Assembly (NCBI GenBank): GCA_002256025.1
Contig: NKIB01015331.1
Coordinates: forward strand, 1 to 36,489
Direction: 5' to 3'
DNA: 36,489 nt
Source: Asterionella formosa
Lineage: Eukaryota
Shown here: in pieces, positions 10,104 to 22,667 of the stretch
Layout of the letters: every line of letters starts with the position of its first letter
Numbering within the stretch: position 1 is the stretch's first letter
Program-made: the position numbers and the translations under genes
The notes under the pieces: model-generated
Database searches by the model: none
What the model saw: the letters and a program-made list of their open reading frames with translations, nothing else
Told to the model about the DNA's origin: nothing

Positions 10104-13054
10104 TGCTATAGTTGTAACAGTTTTACCGGTATATCCTGGGATATAGCTACATGGGTGTTAAAAAGATATGTAGGCGTTAATTAATAAGGCTGATGCTTAC
10201 GGTTCCAGTTATAAATGCCTTTGAGCCACGCTAATACATCGTTTTCCGGCTAATTCTAGAATTATGCTAAAATCGATCCCCTCTTTCGCCCTTTGGCACG
10301 ATATAAGTTAGTTCATTAAGCTAGCTACATGAGAATGAATCATTTTTTACTTGAGATTTATCCATTTTAAAATTGACAAACCCCCCTAATTGCCTTTCCA
10401 ATGTTATCGGATTCTTTCCGGCTAGGCTGATTTCAGTCTAATAGACTGGATTCAGTCTGGGTTTTCAATCCCTTGCCCCTAGATCAATTCAACGAATATT
10501 TCATTTCTGAAAAGTTAATCTAAATCTACAGAACTGTAGGTTTCTAGAGGTATGCATGGCAATAAGCTTGTAGGCTTAAAAAATTCAGATACATGAAAAG
10601 CCTACCAGCCGAAAAAATCTCAAAAATGTTTGTGCGGGATGGTGCGAAAACGAAAATTGACCATGTGCAAAGGTGCCATCGTTTCATGCATTTCAAAGTA
10701 CATTCACCCCTCACTGTTTGGTTCGAAATCATCATCTGAACATTGGAGAAGGTCATTGACTTGAAGGAATGACAGTTCTGCGGAGGGAGCTCAAGAAAAT
10801 TAGAGGTAAAGAGGTGATGGCCATTGTGGTCACAGCTCCCAGGACTGTGGATGATGCTGATACAACTGAGCTGTATGCTCTTGAAAAGCACTTCAAGATC
10901 ATTTTTGAGGGTGATTCAGACTACTTTTACTATGGCACAGGCGATTATGTACCTGAGGAGGCAGTAGAAAATGAAGAGATGCCTTCCGAGCTCTTCGAAC
11001 TTGTCGAACTCACCGGCACAATTTATGATGCTGATGAAGTTGCCCTTGCAGCTGGATTTGTTGCTATTGATGATGACAATGCCCCAGCACCTGAAAATGT
11101 TGTTCATCCCAATGAATTAATAAACAATTTGTTTGAGGATGAGTAGGGACGCACACTCAGGCATTTGCTACAGGAGACTGCCAGGTGCATCAAATTGCAA
11201 TCCAAGACTTTCATCATTTCCAACTCAGTTGAACCCGACTGTCTTCCAATTATTCGAATTATTTTTTCCTTCTGAGTTCTTGAACGATAATGTTTTGTTT
11301 ATCATTAATCTAAAGACAGAGGGCAAATCTGTTACCTATGGTGAGCTACTCAGATGGATTGGAATATGGTTTTGAATGGCAACAACACAGGGAACAAAAC
11401 GGCATGAGTTTTGGTCAGTTGCGCCTACCAATATTTTCGACAATGCCTCATTTCGGCTAAATCACCTCATGTCTCGTGATCGATTCGATTCAATTCAATT
11501 CAATTCTTAAGGCTATAGGCTATACAATTTGGCCAGCACCTGATTATCCGGACCGTTTTCGTGAAGTAAGAGAAATGATTGAAGCATGGAATGAAAAAAT
11601 GCAAAATAATTTTAAGCCAGGACACATTGTATGTTTAGACAAATCAATGTCTACATGGACAAACATGCATACCTGTCCTTGATTCATGTTTGTTCCTTGA
11701 AAGCCTTGGCCATTCGGAAATGAATACCATACAGTTTGCTCTGGCAATACAGGAATCATGTTTGCAATGGAAATAGTGAAGAAAAAAGATGCTCCCCAAT
11801 CACGACAATATCAAGAGTTTGATGACCTTGGTGGGAAGACTGTTGGGCTATTGCTTCGACTCTCAAAATCGATTTGGGGGTCAGCAAGGATAATTATTCT
11901 TGACAGTAGATTTTGTGTACTAAAGGGAATCATTGAATTAAGGAAGAAGAGATTGTATGCATCAAAATACATCCGAGGTGAAGAAATCAAGGCACACTTC
12001 GAAAGCCTTGAGTGTGGCTTTGCAGATGCCTGGCCAGGAAAACTAGACAGAATCCCCTTCCACATATATTGCATGAAGGAACCAGACTACCACGTGATGT
12101 CTCTAATGTCTAATGTCTACGTATGGGACCTTAAAACCAATTGGCAAGGTTTCAATGAGAAATTGGTTGGTACAAGGAACAAAGCGCCAAAAGCAGGTTA
12201 CATATACTGGGGTTATCCACAACCACTACAAGTTTCGGCATGCTGTTGATGATCATAATGCAAAAAGTCATTCCCCAATCAGTTTGGAGGTGGCACGGGC
12301 GACGAAATGGTGGCCAAATAGAGTTCTCGCATTCATCTTGTCAGTCACGGAAGTAAATGCCATGCTGGCATATAAACACTTCTGCAAGGAGGAGGTTGAT
12401 GGGATGCTCGGTTTTCGCAAGCTTTTGGCAGAAGCATTGGTATGTAATCCATACTACAAAGAAGAAGAAGAGTCGCCTCGAAGATCATCGAGATTGACAA
12501 AAAATGCTGAGCACAGAGTTTCCGGCTACCCAAAGGCAAGAAATTTTCGGGACAGATTTTGTGGATGCTGACAGTTCCCACCGCCAAAGTACATGTGTAG
12601 ACTGCAAAAGAAAGACTTGGATTGTATATTCTCTATGGGTGTCTATCGTTGTGTTGACTGTTGTTTACATCATTCCATGGAAGCAGTATTGAGTCCTTCC
12701 AGTCCAGACTGATATGTGTCTGTGAAATTTTCATGTTGTGACTGGCTCACGACTAAATATTACTAGTTCAAATTTCAATTCTTTGTCTTTAACATAAATA
12801 GCCCTTTTATTCAGGCGAAAACGTACTATTCAGCGATGTATATAAAGTCAAAGGAAGGAGATGTTAAGGCTTTCTTATCGGGCCGCCGCAAAGGGAGACT
12901 GATATCAGCCTGTCGAGACGGAAAGAACCCGTTACATATAGGCATTCGTAACATCGTATCTATCATTATCACGCCAGATGCAACAGCCTACCGGGGTACC
13001 AGGGATATCCGGAAAACGTGCTTAAAACCGTTTGACGGCAATAATTTTAGCGGG
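10104..13054 (+). mobile_element. Decayed piggyBac DNA transposon
   Basis: Right end ...TTTAGCGGG|TTAA (TTAA at 13055-13058); degenerate inverted matches to the right end at 10115-10140, about 10210-10222 and 10402-10440; candidate left TTAA at 10100-10103; contains a transposase pseudogene. Confidence 0.75.
10660..12690 (+). pseudogene. piggyBac-type DDE transposase (DDE_Tnp_1_7-like) pseudogene
   Basis: GELLRWIGIWF, CLDKSMS..TCP*FMFVP*KPWPFGNEYHT, KTVGLLLRL, IILDSRFCVLKG, MKEPDY, YKFRHAVDDHN and a C-terminal Cys cluster, spread over several frames with stops. Confidence 0.9.
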
Positions 13055-14762
13055 TTAAATATTATCAGCTATTAATTCAGAACTTAATATATATATTGAG
13101 AGCGCGTCGTGTAAGGGCTGGCACGCTTCCATGGAGGCTTGGTTTGTGCTTGTGACCCTTGCTGCTAAGTGAAAAGTGAATAAGCATTCGGTGCTTAAGG
13201 TTGCGGCCCCGGCTTAACCATAGTTCGGAGAAAATATCGCTAGGGTTGTAAAAACGGCGTGGAACAGGGAGTTTCCTACTATGAATTCTCATTATTCGAG
13301 TGTCCATTTGAATATTTGAATAAAATTGGAATCGGCGCCAGATTGAAAGAGTTCCATTTTTAACAAACAAAAATGATGTTTAAATGTTTATACTTTTTCT
13401 ACGTTGCTGGATGTAGACATAATTTTGCTCAACGCCAAAACATATATACAAATCAGGAGTATGCCAACATGTATCCTCATGGCTCGTGATTGTACATTTA
13501 TATTGAATCTTCGTGGCTGGATGAAGCTTCGATATCACTCCACTCACAAAGGTATGTGCCGGAATGTAAATCAGTACCAGAGTGCCAGAGTAATGGTATT
13601 TCGGTACACGGAATACCAGGCAGTATATAATCTTGTACGTTCAGCCATCATAATGGAAGACAGGATGAAGATACCGGTAGTAACGGTGCTGATTTTGCCA
13701 ACCAGTATTCAGTACATCTAATACATGTGGTTCAATTGTGGCTGGCGAGATTTTACAAGACCGGGATAATTCAGCGAATCTAGACCAGGTAAATAAATTC
13801 AATTCAACCAATCAGAATATCTGTAGTGACGCGGGAACTTACCCTGGAGTCTTTTCGGACTGAGAAGTATTCAGCGAAACATATCTACGCAAGACTCAAA
13901 GTATACAAGAACGTTTTTGCACGTATAAATTCTGATTCCAATATTTTGGCGACTGTTGAAAAAGCCGATCAGGTCGACTTTTTGGAGGAGGATTGCATTA
14001 CATCTACGGGGTTTCATGAAGAATGAAATAGATAGCCGTGTAACGAGTCCAAGAGGGATAACTGCCACTTCTGTCCAGAAATGAGGTCCTTACCATATCT
14101 GAATATTGATCATACCCCTAAGTCGAGGAATGAATGTATCAAAGCATATGCAAAGTGGTCGTATTGGTGAAAGCTAAATTTACCTTTAACTATTTTATTT
14201 ACTTGTACGTACTGTCTAGATTGAGCGAAGTGCATAAAAAATTATTTTGGAAGAAAACAGACCTCGCGATGTGTAACTGCGGGGCTGCAAACTTAAGTTA
14301 AAAGTCAATAAGCGTTTGGTTCTTTAGTCAAAAGTAAAAAAGCATTTGTTACATCTTCGAGTCAGTTTATATTGCGTACGTGTATTAATATAACAGTATT
14401 TAACCTGGACACTGGTGACCCTTGAAACAATAAAGGTATATCGGTATTTATCATGATTGCTTGTTCATCGTCATTAGCAACAACTACAACAAATCGTTGA
14501 CGATTTGACAACAGTGATCATGTAATCTTTCTCTCATTTCTTATTGTATAATTGTAGCTACTACAAACAGGAAAGTCGGAATCCCACAATTGGGCTCGAC
14601 GACAAAGAATGATATCTCGATGCCTTGTCATCGCATTGATACACGTCTTATTTGTACATATGTGTCGTTCTACAATGATCCATTGTCTACAAGAGATCAG
14701 GCCCAACACAAAAACTGCCAAATAAATCTAACACGACATAGATAATACAATGGTAAAAAAAT

Positions 14763-14907
14763 AATTGCAATAACACCCATATTGACAACGAAAATTGAAG
14801 TCGCCGATGGCGCATTGTTTCATGTAGTTTTTAAAAAAAAATTGCAATAACACCCATATTGACAACGAAAATTGAAGTCGCCGATGGCGCATTGTTTCAT
14901 GTAGTTT
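14763..14907. repeat. Perfect 68-bp direct duplication, period 77 bp
   Basis: 14763-14830 is identical to 14840-14907 (AATTGCAATAACACCC...CATGTAGTTT). Confidence 0.95.
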
Positions 14908-15130
14908 AGATGATACACAATTCAAAACGACGAAGTTACGAACAGATTTGAGGCTTTCACAGTAGTATGGAGCACATTACACTACGTGGGTCAAACGAAA
15001 TTTTGTTTGATTCTCTATTTCATTAATTTTGATTAATAGTCCATTAACTTTTCAAAATGACTCTTTGCTTTTGATTGCTAATCCAGTTGGCGGCTACAAC
15101 ATGCGACTACTGGTAGAAATCTTCTGCCAA

Positions 15131-15207
15131 CGACTAGAAACTAATGACTACAACTAGAAACTGCTGACTACGGCTAGAAACTGTTGACTATGACTAGAAA
15201 TTATTGA
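15131..15207. repeat. 20-bp minisatellite, about 4 units
   Basis: CGACTAGAAACTAATGACTA / CAACTAGAAACTGCTGACTA / CGGCTAGAAACTGTTGACTA / TGACTAGAAATTATTGA. Confidence 0.85.
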
Positions 15208-15800
15208 TTGGTGAATTCCATTAGCAAACCGTCATCCAGTTTCTGAATACCATTACCAGTAGGAGTAGGTGAACACGACTTGGATTTAATGACTGATAAT
15301 TTAACACTGAAGAAAGTTATTTAAGAGAGTTTGGAACAAAGAGCCAGTCTATCTCTTCCGGTAGGCATGAGACGATATCTTGGTAGTGCGTAGAAACTAA
15401 AAGGTGCGCATAGAACGTGCGCTACCGGACCTTCCAGGTGGTTCTGTAATGCCGCGGCAGCAATATTCTGCTGGAGGAAATTTTGTGATGCAACCAGACT
15501 GTGTGCCAGGTTTCATACTGGTTTTATAGCACAATGCTGTTGGCGGCCACAGTATAGTGCTACTAGTAGGTCTATGGTGGTACACATCAGGCTGTACATT
15601 CATAAGTTCTACATGTCTTACAAGCTTATGTTGCCTACTCTAACTTGGATCCCTATACGATCTACCACTTCCTACCTGAGTCTTTCACTTCTCATCTTTA
15701 GACTCCATTTCTTGTATATCACTGCGTCGCTCATCAAGTGGTATTCCAACTCTTTCAGTTCAGAAGTCGCCATAGCAGTGGCTTAGAGTTTTAAGTGGTA

Positions 15801-16897
15801 CTCCCTCTGGTTGAAAATAATTGCGTCAAATCGCCGGTGCCACTAACAGCTTTACTGTTCGCATATAAAGGATTACTAGCCAACATACTATCTCTCTACG
15901 TGAGTATCGGCTCACTCGAAAAAATGCGTTTCCTATTAGTTACATAGACATGAACATATACTCTATTTCTATAATTGAATGATTAGCATTTAATTATAAT
16001 AATCGAAACCAATCTAACAGACATATATTAATTGCATAAATGTACATGATATTTCAAAATATGGTTTTACATCGGCTGGTGTCTCAAATATTTGCGGGAA
16101 ACCAAATGCAACAAGCCACTATCATAATTAAAACGTGAATAGAATAACTGTTGTTCGATAAACTTTCTACGGTTGTTACACTCCTTACATGAACCAACCA
16201 GATATTTAACGGTTACATTCCTCAAAACGAGCAAACCGTCATTTTCTTCCTTCCCATCATTGCCACTTTCGGGGTCACGCATTCCATAATTGAACGCAAG
16301 TTGCCATTGCTCTACTGCCTCTTATTTCGTACTTTGCATGTATGTTGAGAGTAGATGGTTCGAAGAAAAATGGGTCATCATGCATCTACATTTTGCTCAA
16401 GATAGCCATAAATGAAAACCGAAAAAAGCCCAAAAATGTTTTTTCGGTATATTGTTGCCAATTTAAAATGATCCGAGGTTGTGAGGTTCGATTCCCGCAA
16501 TTATTTTGATAAGCAATTGTTGGGTTCAAATCCCACACTCCTTGCCATCCCACATGGTCTTGCCTGGTGTCCAAGAAATAGTGGGTTGCCCCACTACAAA
16601 CAGCTTGTGCCGCCTTCCTAGGAGGTCGGAGTTTCCCCTAACTCTGCAGCTAAGACAATCACCTTTCGCAAAAGGTGGATGGGGACTCACCTAGCTAGTA
16701 CGCTAACAAAACTAGCTAGGGAAGCATGAGTTTTGTCGGCAGGAATGGGCTATAAAACATATTATCATTTTTTATACATGGATCTGTAGCTAATGTGATT
16801 GTGCTCAATAGGGCAATTGAGCCTGAAAAATCATATTAGTCAAAATGGCCCAGGAGAAATTTTAATAATTACCGCAATTATTTTCAATCGGAGAGAG
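15801..16897 (-). mobile_element. Non-autonomous 1097-bp mariner derivative (copy 3) with both TIRs and TA target duplication
   Basis: TA|CTCCCTCTGGTTGAAAATAATTGCG ... CGCAATTATTTTCAATCGGAGAGAG|TA (22/25 inverted match). Internal minus-strand ENDGLLVLRNVTVKYLVG and 16330-16450 match the transposase 5' region of copy 1; 15889-16050 matches the far end of copy 1. Confidence 0.88.
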
Positions 16898-17634
16898 TAT
16901 TAGGGAACCGCCAGGATAGTACCGTACCTGGTACCGGTGCCAGGTACCGGAAAGTGCACTCGTCGTCGTTGATTTTAGTGTACAAGAACAAAGTATACTG
17001 GTTTATACGGTTAGTGTAGATACCTTGGACTCCAGGTACTACCGGCAATACCGGAACTGGTACCTCGTACCTGGTACTGTACGCGGTGCTTCCCTGGTAC
17101 CTGGTACCAGGTACCACTGCTGCACAAGTCTTTGGAGTGACAGTGCCTTGACTGAAACTCTGCCTGCTAACTTTACGCACGACCACACAGGGCACATACT
17201 ACGTACATGCGTAAGACATGCCCGGTATATACATACATAAATAAATACATAGAAGAAGGAAACATACCGGGTATATCGGCATCATGACTGTGCCCGCGCA
17301 CGACTTTCCCAACTTTCATGAGAACGGCGTAACACGCTCCTCCTAAGTAATGTATGTGTTTGACGTCGACTTCGACTTCGACGTAGAATATCTATCCCGG
17401 TACTTAACGTGCTCGGTTAATGATCTGAGATGGACCTGCTCGTTAACGGCCATATTTTCCGGAACTAAAATAGATATATCTTCGTTAGGTCCATTTACCT
17501 AACGATCAGTTTGCATAAGCCGCAAGCCGTTTTGTTTTTGCGCGTCTTACTTTTTATCACCCGTCGAGGTGTAACTTTCAGGTCTCATCCTTCGACGGTA
17601 CTTTTCGCACCAAGGAGCAAAAAAGCGCAACGAA

Positions 17635-20086
17635 ATGGTGAAGATCGAAGAACGACAAGAGCACTCAACAGAAGCTGTTCATCCGAACAACAAAGCAGAC
17701 CTTGTTGCCCCTACAAAGCGCCCAGATACAACAGAGGATTCCAAGAAGGAAGTTGTTGCCATCATTGAAAACACCGTGCTTGATTCCCGAGAAGACCAAG
17801 AAACTACTTCTGTGTCTCTTTCTCAGTCATCCCAGAAGAAGAAGACGCCCTCCCGCAAGAATAGCGCGAAAGCACGGAGCAAACCGCAGCAACAGCAGCC
17901 GCCCCAGCCATACAGCAACTACCCTCCTAGAGCGTATTCAAGGTACCCTCCACCTCCACCTCCGCCTCCGTATGGCTATGATCCTTATGGACCCCCACCA
18001 CCTAGAGGATACGGCCCCCCGCCTCCTATGCCGTACGGATATCCTCATCAATATGCACCCCCATCCTACGGGTACTATCCCCCACCGATGCATCCGCCAC
18101 CTCCCCATTCTTCTTTCGAAGGAAAGAACAAGAAGCGTGGTAACGATTTTTTGCTTTCACGCAATGGATCTCGTGAGGAGTCTTCCTCGCCTCGAACTGC
18201 CAACATTTTTCGTCATCGAAGAGACTTTTCTGGCACGTCGACGGCGTCAACTTTGTCAGTTTGTGAAATGTCTATGACCAGCTTTGATGGTACAAAACGT
18301 AAGTGAAATTTCGCCTTTGCTTTGTTAATGAGGGTTTGATTCGTCTCATTTTGTACCGTTCTTCAATCGATTTCATATAACAGCTCATCATGATGATCAT
18401 CCCTTGACTCGAGCATCACCGAAGAGACGTCGAGGTGCTAACTCAAAACCAATCTCTGTCGATACAACATTGGCCGAATCAGAATCAGCAGATCGTTTCC
18501 AAAAACTCAGCGTCAAAGAATCGATGGATTCCCGCGATGTCAACCTTTTTCTCTCGCTCTCAACCAGTCCTATTGACGACGTAGAAGCGACCCCCAGCAT
18601 CAAGAATACGAGGAAGAACCCTAGGTTGAAAGTCGACCGCGAGACACCAACTCCGCCTTTACCACTGTCATCAGAGAAAATGACTGAAGAGCATGTGCTC
18701 AATCGCCATCTGCGAGGACAATCCTTTACGCCTCTGCCGGATTGGAAGGAGAGCGGCGTCTCTCCTTCCTATGCCGGCATTCAACCTCAACTATCATGGA
18801 GTATCGCTGACGACACTCCATCTCTTGGGGACTTGGCCGAATGGGAACGGCCTGCGTCTACTACCAGTCAAGGATCCCGTGTCAACAATATGAGCAGTCC
18901 ACACTCTTTCACATTTATCGGTAAGGAGTCAGAATCCATGTTATCGCCGACGTCAGATGGAGATACACCAGTGAATGGCACAACGACTCCTCTACCGTTC
19001 TTTGACGACGAAAATACTTCAGTCCGTCGGACCATGTCGAATGGGGAACCTGAACACATTCATAAAATGTTTGTTGAGTCTTCAAAGAAGCATAGACATC
19101 AGCAGCAACAACATCAACAGCAGCGCTGGCCGGAACACCAGCCCAGCAGCAAGAGCCCATATCGTCGACCAATGGCGCCACCGACACCGGTGTACAGTGA
19201 AGATCGCTACGGACGAGAGGGACCGCCAGATTATTATTCGTCCTATAGCATGCCACCACAAATGGCTGGAGGTGACCGTGTTCGAAATTTGAGAGGGTAA
19301 GTTTTTTATTTTTCTTTTACAGTTCTTGAATTCATCAAACTAACAATGAAATGTTCTCGTTCTAATTCCAGACGCGGTGGCCCTTCTCATCATGCTCCAA
19401 TGCCTTTCAATATTCCTCCATCCGTACCTTCTCATCATAACTTGACATCGCCCATGGGTGCGCCTCCGAGTCGCTCACCGTGGGGTCCTCATCATGCTTC
19501 GCCACATCATTCCCACATGCCGCCGCCTATGGTGGACTCTACACAGTCCAAGCGCAAATGTGTTCCATTGAAGCCTCCAATCCCTTCAAAGTTTCAAGGG
19601 GACACGGATAAATACAAGGGAGCTCAAGTCCCTGAATTTACATCTTTGGTAAATTATCCTGCGCATATGTCGCAGAAACAATCAGTTAATCTACCTGAGA
19701 ATATGAGGTGCTGCGTAATGTGCGGCGGCGCTTGCGCTTGCACCAATGCCACACTTAAAGGAAAGACTAGCGGCAAAAAAGGTGAGAGCTCTCAAGAAGC
19801 TCGAAACGAAAACGAAAAATCCTCGGGCTTTGCAATCATTCCTACCCAGAACAAAGGCCTTTGTACTATGTGCGATGTCAATGTTTGGGTTGTTTGTTCC
19901 TCTGGATTAGAAATAAAATGGTGCAAGGGTTGCAAAAACTTTCGGCCTTGGGCAGCCTTTGGGGACAAGGGATTGGCTACCAAGTGCCTTCGGTGCCGCG
20001 AGCGTCAGCGGGAAAAGTATGCTCTCCAGAAGGAAGAGAAGCAGCGTCATACGGCGCCGTCTGAACAGGTGAACTACTCTGAGTAG
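17635..20086 (+). CDS. 763-aa Pro/Ser-rich protein with C-terminal Cys-rich SBP-like domain (putative transcription factor), 3 exons (17635-18298, 18384-19296, 19372-20086)
   Basis: Two GTAAG...CAG introns (85 and 75 bp) preserve frame; C-terminal CCVMC, LCTMC, KWCKGCKNFRPWAAFG...KCLRCRERQREKY; basic NLS-like stretches. Confidence 0.85.
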
Positions 20087-20855
20087 TAGACACACGCGTC
20101 CTCGATCGTACACTTTCATTGAATGCAACGATTAATGACAGCAAGAAAATCTTGTGGATTTGAGGGACACTTTTCAAACAAACTGGTTATTGATATAGAG
20201 AGATTTTTCGGCTGCTATTTAAACAAACAAATTTAAATGCAATGTAACCTAGCGACTCACTCACTCTCCATCTAGTGCAGCAATTCATATCAGAACGAAA
20301 TTCTTGTAGTTTAAAGTCAAGGTTATGGATATGGATTACCGGTATAGAGTTTCTTCTGTAATACACCATCAACAAACAAATTAACTGTGCATGTAACCTA
20401 GGCACCAAAGGAAGGAAAATTTTCGAATTTCAAGAACACATCAGTATTAATTGCATTGCATCTCGTCACTTTGAGGACTAGTTGGACCAATCGATGACGA
20501 GATGATGCAGACCTTGTGAAGTCTCACATCCCCAATTGGATATCCATGCAACTAATTTAAATGCAACCAACAAGAATAGTCGGAAGAGCTGTTGAAATGG
20601 GTTTACAGACTATCTCTGTGTTTTTGCCGTTGAAATGCAAAAGTCATCAAGCCACCGACCAGAAATCTGATTTCATTCTAGCCGCGTGGACACTTTCGAC
20701 TCTCATGTTTTTTACATTTATATTCGTGTAAGTATTATTAATACTGGTATTCACTTCGCAAATGCTATCAGGTAAAATGCAGCTTGCCGCAACAACCTCC
20801 AACAAAATAACAGCAATCGTAAAATCTCAATAGAACTATGTGAACGGCAAGTATA

Positions 20856-22667
20856 TCACGTCTTGCCTGTAGCGTACATCTTGTCATACTTCATTGAATC
20901 CTCCACCAAACATTCATGCCAGATATCAAACGACCAAAGCTTAGTATTCGTTGACTTCTCAAGGGCCATTAGCTGGAGAGGCTGCCCATTCAGCAAATCT
21001 TTGAGTTGGAAGTTGCCAACAAATGAACCCAACTCCATTTCAAAAGTTTGGAAAGAAAACAAATGTTGTAAAAATTCCATGGTGTATTCATGCTGAGGGG
21101 AAAGTTGTGGATGGCTTGCTTCATGCAAAAAGCCCCTGTCCAATGCCTTTTTTCGAAACTTGGCTCGGGCCAAGGAAGTCAATGCAGGCGAGGCCTGGCC
21201 CAAAATGGTATGCTGCGCCTCTGTTGGTTCCTCGTGCTTCCTTTCAATACCATCGCCGCTGTTTAAACAATCTACTCCAACCATTTGGGGTGTACTACCC
21301 AATGGCGTCAACGAATAGGGCGTGTCATGATCGAGCTTGCATTCAAGTTGAGGAGCAAAGAATTGCAACAATTTGAGCGCCCCCTTAATGATCCACTTCG
21401 CAGGCAATTTCTTTGCCTTGCGTTCAAGTTGGAGTCCTGTGACACAGTGTGAGATTGGAATGGCTCGTTTAGGTGACCCTGTGATCACCGCTTGATAGCG
21501 TCGATTCATGCCTGCAAAATATCCTTTACTATCATCGTATTTGTTAACTGTTGTTCCTTCAGTGAAACGGAGACGCAACAACACTGTTCCGATCCAAAGG
21601 TCACTCTCGAAATCAGCGACAAGTGATTCGCCATGGGGTTCATTGCCATTGTTGATGGGAAGCGTCATGCACTTGGGACATCCAAAGTCGGCCCTTCCAC
21701 ATTTGCCCGATTTCCCCCAGTGCAGATTCAAAGCATCGACCCAATTATGTGTGTCCCCGACTTTCCACAGGTATTCTTTTTGTGCGCTGAATCTGACTCC
21801 TGTGATGACAGTCCCGGCTCCCACTCGGAACATCAAAGGGTATTGCGGCCATTCAGATACCTGAAGCAATGGTGTCTTGTTTCCAGTAGAACAAGAGCAC
21901 ACAGGCACATTTAGGGGTGTACTTGAATTTCGTGGAGCAGTGTTAGTTTTGACTTTTGGAGGGACATCCGATATTGTTCCCAATGCAGAGTCGTAAGTGC
22001 CCAAGTGAATCAGGGATCCTGTACGAAATGTTTTCTTTGGTTTTCTATATTGCGAAGATGTAACAGTAGCAAGCCTGGATGAAGTACGACTCTGAAGCAG
22101 CACAGCAGGAGACATTAGCTCCATTGGATCCGCAGACTCTTCCCACAACGTGTCAATAGGTAATCCCTCCTCTAGTTGCGACGAAAAAACGCATTCAATA
22201 CTCTCTTGGACCGTTGGATCTTCCGAAAGTCTGGTTGTTCCATTGTCTTCGCTGTCTTCCTCTTCACCATATCCAGCATTATTACAAAACAAAAAGGAAT
22301 GCTGAAGCACAGTAGTTGCATCACACATTCCATGACCAGCTTCGACTTCCATATCCACTGATTGGTTCCATGGAATATTCGGTCCCTTCAGTTCCGCAGC
22401 GTCGTAGCTCGCGAGCACTGACGTTTTTTGATCAATACCAGTATCCGTCCCTTCTTCTACGCGCTCAGGTGGATGCTCCAAGGCAGATTCTTCTGCAGAC
22501 TGGCCATTCAGAGTCTTCCACTGTGGCGATCGAAACAATTTTCGAATACTACGCGCGCTGTTCGTGGTTGCAATAGAATTCTTGCGTCGAAATAAGCTGC
22601 TCGTTTGCTTGCCATCACCGTGTAGCTCAGGTGCGGATTCACGGCGGCGAGAAGGAGAGCTTCGCAT
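20856..22667 (-). CDS. DUF1769-like domain protein with long disordered N-terminus
   Basis: Single long ORF from ATG 22667; DFESDLWIGTVLLRLR...YFAGMNRRYQAVITG, PLGSTPQ and YTMEFLQHLF motifs resemble the DUF1769 family. Confidence 0.75.
   Translation of the reverse strand: MRSSPSRRRESAPELHGDGKQTSSLFRRKNSIATTNSARSIRKLFRSPQWKTLNGQSAEESALEHPPERVEEGTDTGIDQKTSVLASYDAAELKGPNIPWNQSVDMEVEAGHGMCDATTVLQHSFLFCNNAGYGEEEDSEDNGTTRLSEDPTVQESIECVFSSQLEEGLPIDTLWEESADPMELMSPAVLLQSRTSSRLATVTSSQYRKPKKTFRTGSLIHLGTYDSALGTISDVPPKVKTNTAPRNSSTPLNVPVCSCSTGNKTPLLQVSEWPQYPLMFRVGAGTVITGVRFSAQKEYLWKVGDTHNWVDALNLHWGKSGKCGRADFGCPKCMTLPINNGNEPHGESLVADFESDLWIGTVLLRLRFTEGTTVNKYDDSKGYFAGMNRRYQAVITGSPKRAIPISHCVTGLQLERKAKKLPAKWIIKGALKLLQFFAPQLECKLDHDTPYSLTPLGSTPQMVGVDCLNSGDGIERKHEEPTEAQHTILGQASPALTSLARAKFRKKALDRGFLHEASHPQLSPQHEYTMEFLQHLFSFQTFEMELGSFVGNFQLKDLLNGQPLQLMALEKSTNTKLWSFDIWHECLVEDSMKYDKMYATGKT

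Noticed and set aside
13077..14100. Short ORFs downstream of the piggyBac
   Set aside because: No recognisable motif or splice-consistent gene model; probably decayed sequence.
14763..15207. Direct repeats as a possible CRISPR array
   Set aside because: The units are tandem without unique spacers, the context is eukaryotic, and no cas genes are present.
15390..15790. Minus-strand stretch starting MATSELKELEYHL that looks formerly coding
   Set aside because: Multiple stops and no family I can recognise.
16470..16540. Two tRNA T-loop/B-box-like words (GGTTCGATTCCC, GGGTTCAAATCCC)
   Set aside because: No cloverleaf, poor T-stem pairing and no A-box found; they lie inside the mariner derivative. 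Not called as tRNA or SINE.
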